Shown piece after piece: positions 7,780 to 14,996 of a stretch of DNA of 29,951 nucleotides. Made by a program: the position numbers and the translations under genes. This DNA comes from Myxococcota bacterium (GTDB taxonomy: Bacteria > Myxococcota_A > UBA9160 > UBA4427). The notes below the pieces were generated by a model. The model made no database searches. It was not told the origin of the DNA and was given only the letters and a program-made list of their open reading frames with translations. Numbering within the stretch: position 1 is the stretch's first letter; every line of letters begins with the position of its first letter. The stretch spans positions 1 to 29,951 of the forward strand of contig JBIPOQ010000001.1 of assembly GCA_044379055.1 (NCBI GenBank). Reading direction: 5' to 3'.

Positions 7780-8927
7780 CGGTCGGTCCGATTGAGGCGC
7801 TCGTCGAGGAGCTTCACCGCCTGCCCATCGCTCAGGAACGAGACGCCGGCCGTCGCGATCACGTCGCCCGCAGCGAGGCCCTCGACGACCGCGATCTGGT
7901 TCTCGCGGGTGCCGGCGGTTCGAATCGAGCGCTTGTGGACCGTCGAAGTCTTCGGGTCGAAGACGAACACCGAGAAGCGATCCTCGGGCTCCGGGAGGGC
8001 GGCGTCGAGCGGGATCAGGATCGCCTCCGAACGGACGACGCCCTCCGCTTCGCGGGGAAGCGCGAAGAAGACCTCGGCGGTCATGCCCGGTCGGACGCCG
8101 GGCGGGCGCTCCGTGAGATCGACGTGGACCGGGAAGGCGTTCCCGACGCCGGCGCGCGTGCCGACCTCGTGGACCGTCGCCGCGAAGCGCCGCGCCGTCG
8201 CCCCCGCATCCCGCACCGACGGAAAACCGACCTCGACCGGTGCGCCCTGCTTCACGCGGTCGATCAACGTCTCGGGCATCTGCACCTCGACCCGCAGCCC
8301 GCTTTCGGCCCGATCCATCTCGAAGACGACCTGCCCGCCCGCGACCTCCATCGCCGGATCGATCTGCCGCAGGGAGATCGATCCGGCGAAGGGCGCGACC
8401 AGCACGGAACGCCGACGGTCCCGCTGCGCGCGCTCGAGCCGGGTCTTCGCCGCCGCGACGCTGCTCGCTCGCGACTTCGAGAGCGCGGTCGCGCGATCCA
8501 GCTCCTGCCGACTGGAGACCTTCGACTCGTAGAGCTTCTTCGTGCGTTCGTAGTCGGCCCGCGACGAGGCGAGCAGGGCCTGCTGCTGGTCGAGCTCGGA
8601 CCGTGCCCCGTCCACCGCGAGATCGAAGGGCTCGGGATCGAGGCGCGCGAGCACCTGCTCCTGTGTCACCGCATCGCCCAGATTCACCTCGACCGTCTTC
8701 ACCGAGCCGCCGACCTCGAACGCCAGCCGCGTCTCCGAGATGGCCGTCACGACGCCCGAGAGCACCCGCTGCTCGTCCGCCGCCGAGTCCGCGACCCGCA
8801 TCCACTGGATCGCCCGGGCCGGAAGCTCGGGCGGCGGCGCCTCCTCGCTGCATCCCACGGCCGCGACGATCGCGAGGCCGGAGATCGACCCTGCGAAGGG
8901 CCGGAGTTTCGAGAGAAGCGATGCCAT
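7776..8927 (-). CDS. RND periplasmic adaptor (membrane fusion protein), lipoprotein
   Basis: 383 aa from MASLLSKL; lipobox AVG-C; lipoyl halves (LAFEVGGSVKTVEVNLGDAVTQEQVLARLD ... LVAPFAG) flanking a coiled-coil hairpin; C-terminal GLAAGDVIATAG. Confidence 0.93.
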   Translation of the reverse strand: MASLLSKLRPFAGSISGLAIVAAVGCSEEAPPPELPARAIQWMRVADSAADEQRVLSGVVTAISETRLAFEVGGSVKTVEVNLGDAVTQEQVLARLDPEPFDLAVDGARSELDQQQALLASSRADYERTKKLYESKVSSRQELDRATALSKSRASSVAAAKTRLERAQRDRRRSVLVAPFAGSISLRQIDPAMEVAGGQVVFEMDRAESGLRVEVQMPETLIDRVKQGAPVEVGFPSVRDAGATARRFAATVHEVGTRAGVGNAFPVHVDLTERPPGVRPGMTAEVFFALPREAEGVVRSEAILIPLDAALPEPEDRFSVFVFDPKTSTVHKRSIRTAGTRENQIAVVEGLAAGDVIATAGVSFLSDGQAVKLLDERLNRTDR

Positions 8928-8991
8928 GGGCGGGGCTCCCGTTGGGGACGGTGAAGAGCAGCGCGGCGGTCCCGCCTCGCCGCGTGCCCCC

Positions 8992-9000
8992 ATTATGTCA
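8992..9000 (-). promoter_or_regulatory. Candidate extended -10 element for the MFP-RND-MOSC operon
   Basis: Minus strand reads TG-A-CATAAT about 65 nt upstream of the MFP ATG; no recognisable -35. Confidence 0.4.
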
Positions 9001-9160
9001 CCGGGTTCGGGCCGGCGCTGGTCGCAGACGTGCCCGCCTGGAACCGGAATCCCGTCGAAAGCCCCCGAGCAGGGCGTCCCGGGCGCTCGTTGCTCGATGC
9101 TTCCCCCGAGAGACGCGCTCCGATCTCAGGACGGCCGGCCCGGGGGCCGATGGAGACGCC

Positions 9161-9880
9161 GTGGAAATCGAACGGCGCATCCTCCTCCTCGACAGCCCGA
9201 CCGGCGAGCTGCAACGCCTCGCCCTCGAGCTCATGGGGAGCGAGTTCGGCGTCCACTATGCGAACGACGTCGACGAGGCCCAGCTCATGGCCCGCGACGC
9301 GGGGGGCAAGATCGTCGCGGTGCTCTTCTCGACGGCGATCGAGCTCGAGCGCGTGTCGACGATGGCGCAGCGCTTCGGCGTGAAGCCGTCGGGGCTCGTG
9401 CCCGTCGGGCCGAAGCCGGCGAAGCGGGTCATCGCCGCCCTCGCGTTCCACGGCGTGCGCTGGCATCTCTGGGACGCGCCCTCCCACGAAGCGATTCGAT
9501 TCGTGCTCTCGAGCGTGCTCTTCGAGCGCGACCCCTTCGAGCTCCGCTACCACCTCCGCGTCCCGACCTCCCTCGCCGCCCGCCTCGACCTGCAAGGCCG
9601 CAAGAGCGACGCCACGATCCGCGACATCGGCCTCGGCGGCGTCTGTCTGCAGGGCGGAGATCTCGGCGAGATCGGCGAGACCGGGAGCGTCTCCTTCGAG
9701 GTCGAAGGCCGGGCCGTGACCCTCGGCTGCCGGGTCGCCTGGAAGGCGGGCGACGGCTCCGACGCGGTCCGCATCGGCGGCGTGCAGTTCCTCGAGGTCG
9801 ATCCCGAATCGGGCGACGCGATCGACAGCATCCGCAAGGGCTTCATCGCGCGCCAGCGCATCGAGAAGCCGGCCGCCTAG
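9161..9880 (+). CDS. Pseudo-receiver domain + PilZ domain protein
   Basis: GTG at 9161 after GGAG; 239 aa; N-terminal CheY-like alternation (RILLLDS...VHYANDVDEA...IVAVLFS); C-terminal PilZ with RYHLR (RxxxR) and DIGLGG, ending GVQFLEVD. Confidence 0.82.
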   Translation: MEIERRILLLDSPTGELQRLALELMGSEFGVHYANDVDEAQLMARDAGGKIVAVLFSTAIELERVSTMAQRFGVKPSGLVPVGPKPAKRVIAALAFHGVRWHLWDAPSHEAIRFVLSSVLFERDPFELRYHLRVPTSLAARLDLQGRKSDATIRDIGLGGVCLQGGDLGEIGETGSVSFEVEGRAVTLGCRVAWKAGDGSDAVRIGGVQFLEVDPESGDAIDSIRKGFIARQRIEKPAA

Positions 9881-9941
9881 CAAGCGTCGACCGTCCCTCC
9901 GAGCACGAGCCCGATCGAGGTCGAGTCGGCGGCCCCCGCGA

Positions 9942-11447
9942 TCAGGCGCCCGCGGGCCAGTGGTAGGTCGGCGGATGAGCGCCGTGGACCGACACGCGCT
10001 CGCCGACCAGCGATCGTCCGGCGAGACTCGCGAGGATCTCCGGCGCCGCGCGCGCGACGAGTCGGCGGCCGTCCGGGAGCTCGGCGACCACGGGGGCAGA
10101 CTCGACCTCGCCGTCCCGGCCATACACGACCGTGCCTCCGACGACCCGTGCCTCGCCCTCGGCCTCGAGGGTGATCGGCAGGGCCGCCGCGTCGATCGCT
10201 TGCTGCGCACGATCCGTGTCGGCCAGCACGAAGCCTGGGCCCGTCGGCCGCGGCTGCGCGGCGTAGAGACCGAGCGAGTGTTTCGAGAGGAAGCCGCCAT
10301 TGCCGGAGACGTAGGCGAGGCCGCCGCGCTCGCGCAGGCGCAGGACCGCGGCCGCGATGCCGTGACTCGTGTAGTTGTTGCCGGGTCCGCCGAAGAACGA
10401 CATGCCGCCCGTCAGCGTCAGCCCGCGCGGATCGTCGAGCGCGAGGCCGATCTCGGCGGCCCCGACCTCGACCGCGATCGGGAAGCACGAGTAGAGATCG
10501 AAGCAGTCGACGTCATCGAGGCCGATTCCCGCGGCCTCGAAGAGGGCGCGTCCTGCGGCGCGAATCGCGGGCGACGCGTCGAGGACGGGCCGACGCGAGG
10601 GCGCGACGTCGCGATGGCTCGCCCCGGCCCAGGGAAACACGCAGCGGTCCGAGAGCCCGAGCGCGCGGGCCGTCGCGAGACTCGTGACGAGCAGGGCGCT
10701 CCCGAGATCGACCTGCGCGAAGCTGTTCATGCGCTTCGTGTAGGGCTCGGCCGTGAGGCGATTCTGGGCGCTCGGGGTCGCGATCTCGGCGGCGGTATGG
10801 GCGCGCTGGAACCAGGCGAAGGGATTGCGCGCGGCGATCGCCGAGCCGCGGGCCAGGAAGACCGCGAGCCGCTCGCGCCACTCGGCGGGCGTCGCGCCGG
10901 ACCGCGCCGCCCGCGCGCTCTCGAAGACGGGGTACACGTCCGCCGGACGCAGCCAGCGCGCCTCGATCTCGCTCGCCTCGACGAGGCCGTGCAGCGGCGT
11001 CCCCACGACCGGGTCCGCCGGTCCACTGGCCTCGGCGCCCGGCGCGTTCGAGATCCGCAGGAAATCGGCCCCCGGCTCGGCGAGGCGCATCGAGCGGGTC
11101 GCCTCGGCGCCGCAGACGAGGGTCGTCCCGAGCCGCCCGGCCGCGATCTCGGCGCAGGCCCGGTTCATCAGCCATTGCGGGCTGTTTCCGCCCGCCGTCG
11201 AGACCTCGCAGGCGATTCCCGCGAGCCCGAGCCGGGCTGCGAGCTCGCTCGCCGGCGCCGCGCTCGCCCGCGAGAACGAGGGCGCGACGAACGAGAGGCG
11301 CTCGACGCGCTCGACCAGACCCGGGGCCTCCGCGGCCGCGGCGCGCACCGCGCGCTCGGCGAGCTCGACGACGCCGACGAGGGCCTCGCGCTCGATCGAC
11401 TGCCCGACCCCCACCACGACCGGCACGCGCTCGGGATCGACGCCCAT
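9942..11447 (-). CDS. Thiolase-like protein (TLP1-type, often annotated acetyl-CoA acetyltransferase) with extra C-terminal domain
   Basis: ATG 11447 after GAGGAG; 501 aa; PVVVGVGQ, GGNSPQ, PYTKRMNS, DLYSCFP, LTGGMSFFGGPGNNY motifs; about 80-aa C-terminal beta domain (TVVYGRDG). Confidence 0.88.
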   Translation of the reverse strand: MGVDPERVPVVVGVGQSIEREALVGVVELAERAVRAAAAEAPGLVERVERLSFVAPSFSRASAAPASELAARLGLAGIACEVSTAGGNSPQWLMNRACAEIAAGRLGTTLVCGAEATRSMRLAEPGADFLRISNAPGAEASGPADPVVGTPLHGLVEASEIEARWLRPADVYPVFESARAARSGATPAEWRERLAVFLARGSAIAARNPFAWFQRAHTAAEIATPSAQNRLTAEPYTKRMNSFAQVDLGSALLVTSLATARALGLSDRCVFPWAGASHRDVAPSRRPVLDASPAIRAAGRALFEAAGIGLDDVDCFDLYSCFPIAVEVGAAEIGLALDDPRGLTLTGGMSFFGGPGNNYTSHGIAAAVLRLRERGGLAYVSGNGGFLSKHSLGLYAAQPRPTGPGFVLADTDRAQQAIDAAALPITLEAEGEARVVGGTVVYGRDGEVESAPVVAELPDGRRLVARAAPEILASLAGRSLVGERVSVHGAHPPTYHWPAGA

Positions 11448-11679
11448 GACTCGACTCTCCTCATCCCGAGCAAGGCACACCGCCGCCGCCGGGCCCGGTC
11501 CGGCGCGAGACTAGTCTCGGATCGATCGCCCGGCGAGAACGACCGCTTCGCGTGGATCGGCCGCCGATCGCATCTCAACCCCGCCCGCCGACCGACCGAT
11601 CGGGGCTTCGCGGCGCACGCTTCTAGCGGCTCGGGGCCAGAGGGCTATGCTGGGCGCCCTCGCAAAGCAGGACGATCCC

Positions 11680-12252
11680 ATGGCATCCATGACCGATACT
11701 TCGCAGTTCCACAACGGCCTCAAGATCATCCTCGACGGCAATCCGTTCACGATGGTCTACTTCCAGCACGTGAAGCCCGGCAAGGGCGGCGCGTTCGTGC
11801 GGACGAAGGTCAAGAACCTGCTGAATGGCCGCACGATCGAGCGGACCTTCCGGTCCGGCGAGAAGGTCGAGCTCGCGGACATCCAGGAAAAGTCCATGCA
11901 GTACCTGTACGCCGAGGGCGAGAACCTCATCTTCATGGATCAGCAGTCCTACGACCAGATCCCGATCCCGCCCGACGTGATCGGCGACGCGATCCAGTTC
12001 ATGCTCGAGAACATGGAGGTCGACGTCCTCTTCTGGAACGGGAAGCCCGTCAACATCGAGCTGCCCAACTACATCGTCGCGAAGGTCGTGAAATCCGATC
12101 CCGGCGTGAAGGGCGACACGAGCTCGGGGGCGAGCAAGCCCGCGACGCTCGAGTGCGGTGCGACGATCCAGGTCCCCCTCTTCATCAAGGAGGGCGACAT
12201 GCTGCGGGTCGATACGCGGACGGGCGAGTACTCGGAGCGCGTGAACCAGTAG
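11680..12252 (+). CDS. efp: Translation elongation factor P
   Basis: 190 aa; FQHVKPGKGGAFVRTK, TFRSGEK, MQYLY, PGVKGDT, KPATLECG, VPLFIKEGD, VDTRTGEY motifs. Start is 11680 or 11689. Confidence 0.97.
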   Translation: MASMTDTSQFHNGLKIILDGNPFTMVYFQHVKPGKGGAFVRTKVKNLLNGRTIERTFRSGEKVELADIQEKSMQYLYAEGENLIFMDQQSYDQIPIPPDVIGDAIQFMLENMEVDVLFWNGKPVNIELPNYIVAKVVKSDPGVKGDTSSGASKPATLECGATIQVPLFIKEGDMLRVDTRTGEYSERVNQ

Positions 12253-12277
12253 GCGACGCGCCGGACGGCAGGGGCAC

Positions 12278-13594
12278 ATGGCGGCCGACCGAAGCGACGT
12301 TTCAGCCGATTCCGGAGACCGTGGCGCCCCCCTCGCTTCCGCAAGCGGGGCGGGCCGCTCCGAGAGTCGTCGTCCCCGGCGTGCGATCGTCCTGTCGGGC
12401 GGTGGCGCGCGCGGAGCCTACGAGGCCGGTGTCCTCCGCTTCATCCTCGACGACCTGCCCCGGCGGACCGGGATCCAGCCCGACTTCGACATCATCTGCG
12501 GCACCTCCGTCGGCGCGATCCACGCCTGCTTCCTCGCGGCGACCGCCGACGAGACCGAGACCCGCGGCGACCGGCTGACCTCGATCTGGGCGAACCTGAA
12601 GGTCCACGAGGTCTTCCGCTTCACCGCCCGGGACTTCATGCGCCTGCCGAGGCGCATGCTGGGCGTGAAGCGGGTCGCGAAGCTCCTGCGCGAGGGCCAG
12701 CGACCGGACCGGCTCTACGGCCTGCTCAACACCGAGCCCCTCGAGCGCCTCGTCCTGCAGTCGATCCCCTGGCGCGGCATCCGGCGCAACGTCCGCAGCG
12801 GCCGGGTCGACACGGTCTGCATCGCGGCGACCCAGGTCGCGACCGGCCGCGCCGTCGTCTTCTGCGACAGCCACCGCGCCGAGCTCCCGCCCTGGGCCAG
12901 CGTCGCCAACGTGCGCATGCAGCGGATCCGCCTCTCGCCGCTGCACGCCCTCGCTTCGGCCGCGATCCCGCTGCTCTTCCCCTCGGTCCGGGTCGGTGCG
13001 CGCTACTACGCGGACGGCGGGCTGCGGCTCAACACGCCGCTCGCGCCCGCCGTGCGGCTCGGCGCCGATCGCGTGCTCGTCGTCGGCCTGACCCATCCGA
13101 TCGGGCCGTCCGTCTCCGAGACGATCGCCCAGGAGCGCACCGCCGAGTTCGGCAACCCGATGTACCTCTTCGGCAAGGTGCTGAACGCGCTGCTGCTCTC
13201 GCCGATCGAGACCGACATCGCGCGGCTGCATTTCGTGAACGGGCTCATCCGGGCCGGTAGCGAGGTCTACGGCGGCGACTTCCTCTCCCGCATCAACCAG
13301 CACCTCGCGCCGAAGGGCAACGCCCCGCTGAAGATCATCGACGATCTCGTGATCCGGCCCTCCGAAGACCTCGGCCGCCTCGCCGCCGACGTCGTGCGCG
13401 ACGATCCGAAGCTCGACTTCGGCATGTTCCTCGACCTGCTGCGCAAGGCGACGGGCGCCGGCACGACGGCCCGGGAGGCCGACCTGATGTCCTATCTGCT
13501 CTTCGACGCGAGCTATGCGAGCCGACTGATCGAGATCGGCTACAAGGACGCCGAGGCCCAGGAGGCCGACCTGGTCGCCTTCTTCACCGACTGA
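12278..13594 (+). CDS. Patatin-like phospholipase family protein
   Basis: 438 aa; glycine-rich LSGGGARG, nucleophile elbow GTSVG, ALASAAIPLLFP, catalytic DGG. Confidence 0.92.
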   Translation: MAADRSDVSADSGDRGAPLASASGAGRSESRRPRRAIVLSGGGARGAYEAGVLRFILDDLPRRTGIQPDFDIICGTSVGAIHACFLAATADETETRGDRLTSIWANLKVHEVFRFTARDFMRLPRRMLGVKRVAKLLREGQRPDRLYGLLNTEPLERLVLQSIPWRGIRRNVRSGRVDTVCIAATQVATGRAVVFCDSHRAELPPWASVANVRMQRIRLSPLHALASAAIPLLFPSVRVGARYYADGGLRLNTPLAPAVRLGADRVLVVGLTHPIGPSVSETIAQERTAEFGNPMYLFGKVLNALLLSPIETDIARLHFVNGLIRAGSEVYGGDFLSRINQHLAPKGNAPLKIIDDLVIRPSEDLGRLAADVVRDDPKLDFGMFLDLLRKATGAGTTAREADLMSYLLFDASYASRLIEIGYKDAEAQEADLVAFFTD

Positions 13595-14631
13595 TGCGCG
13601 GCGACCAGCTCGCACGTCAATGGCTCCTGATCCAGCGCCTCGCGAAGAGCCGCGGCGGCGTCGGCCTCGACGACCTCGCGGAGGAGCTCGGCTGCGTCCG
13701 GCGCACGGTCTACCGCGACCTCGACGCCCTGATGTACGCGGGCTTCCCCGTCCTCAGCGAGAAGCGCGACGGCAAGGCCTACTACCGCTTCCTCGACCAG
13801 TTCCAGCTCGGCCAGGTCCCCTTCACGCCCGACGAGCTGCTCGCCCTCGCCTTCTCGAGCGATCTCCTGAAGAGCCTCGAGGGCACCGTCTTCCACGACT
13901 CGATCCAGTCCGCGATGACGAAGATCCGCGCCGGCCTCGGCCCGGAGCTCTCGCGCTACCTCGAGCAGTTCCGCGACGCCTTCCGCGTGCTCCCCGGGCC
14001 CCACAAGCGTTATGCGGACTCCCGCGAGACGATCCGTGCCCTGAACGAGGCCGTGCTCGACCGCCAGACGCTCGCGCTGCGCTACCGCAGCGGGCGCAGC
14101 GGCGAGGAGAGCGAGCGCCGCATCGACCCCTACAAGGTCTGGTACCACGGCGGCGCGCTCTACGTGATCGGCCACGACCACCGCTCGGGCGCGATCCGGA
14201 CCTTCGCCGTCGACCGCATCCTCGCGCTCTCGGCGACCGGCCTCCCGTTCGAGCCGCCCGGCGACTTCGACTTCGACGCCTACACGGCCTCGAGCTTCGG
14301 CGTCGTCGCCGAGCCCGCGACGCGGGTCCGGATCCGGTTCGAGGAGCGCTGGGCCGCCTACGTCGGCGAGCGGGAGTGGCACGCGAGCCAGCGCACGGTC
14401 CCGATCGGGGGCGGCGGCCTTGAGCTCGAGCTCGAGGTCGGGGCCGGTCAGGAGCTCGCGAGCTGGATCCTCTCGTTCGGGGACGGCGCCCGGGTCCTCG
14501 AGCCCGCGAGCCTGCGCGACGAGGTTCGATCCGCCCTCGAGCGGGCCCTCGCCCGGTATGCGGCCGACGCCGCCGCCGAGGGCGGGACGACCGAGATCCC
14601 CGCCGACGCGACGACCCGGCCGGCGACGTAG
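13594..14631 (+). CDS. WYL-domain transcriptional regulator (wHTH-WYL-WCX, YafY/PafB-like)
   Basis: 345 aa; N-terminal HTH (LAEELGCVRRTVYRDLDAL), WYL core (RRIDPY...LYVIG...IRTFAVDRI), WCX tail (LASWILSFGDGARVLEPASLR); start overlaps the patatin stop (TGATG). Confidence 0.93.
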   Translation: MRGDQLARQWLLIQRLAKSRGGVGLDDLAEELGCVRRTVYRDLDALMYAGFPVLSEKRDGKAYYRFLDQFQLGQVPFTPDELLALAFSSDLLKSLEGTVFHDSIQSAMTKIRAGLGPELSRYLEQFRDAFRVLPGPHKRYADSRETIRALNEAVLDRQTLALRYRSGRSGEESERRIDPYKVWYHGGALYVIGHDHRSGAIRTFAVDRILALSATGLPFEPPGDFDFDAYTASSFGVVAEPATRVRIRFEERWAAYVGEREWHASQRTVPIGGGGLELELEVGAGQELASWILSFGDGARVLEPASLRDEVRSALERALARYAADAAAEGGTTEIPADATTRPAT

Positions 14632-14996
14632 GCCGACCCGCCCGCCGCCCGAAGCGCGCCGGAATTCGCCCGCTCGGGGAACCCCACCGCGCCTGCCCGC
14701 CTCCAAGGCGACTGGGGTCCGAGGGGACCCCGCTCGATCCCGGCCGGAGCGCGTGCCCACCGGCGGCATCCGATCCGAAAGTCGGCGGGAAAGGCAGAGG
14801 GAAACAGCGGATCTCGCTATCGTGCCGCCTCGCCGGCCGCTTCGAGCAGCGGACTGCGGGACCGGTCGCGACGGCGCCTCGCGGACAGGCCTCGACGATC
14901 GGAATGGGCCCGGACCGCACGCGCGGATCCGCGCCTCGCGCCACGCAACATCGAACCTCCACGCGACCCGGGTCGCGACCCTAGGTGACGCCCGAG

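Noticed and set aside
11680-12252. Unusual EF-P modification system
   Set aside because: Standard PGKG (Lys34) loop; no epmA/epmB/earP or other modifier gene in the window, so nothing beyond an ordinary efp is supported.
12278-14631. CBASS or other named antiphage system (patatin as CapV, WYL as CapW)
   Set aside because: No CD-NTase, Cap2/Cap3, TIR, nuclease or other defence gene in the window; flanked by housekeeping efp. Kept only as a weaker hypothesis among the findings.
14760-14815. Possible c-di-GMP-I riboswitch (GGCAT...GAAA...GGGAAAGGC) upstream of tpsB
   Set aside because: Lacks the conserved GGCAAAC and GACGCAAAGC elements and the expected pairing; an Rfam/Infernal scan would settle it.
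14904-14984. 26-codon ORF ending in TAG immediately before, and in frame with, GTG 14985 (uORF or amber read-through)
   Set aside because: No convincing RBS and a non-protein-like composition; the SD-like AGGTGA favours ATG 14997 as the tpsB start.
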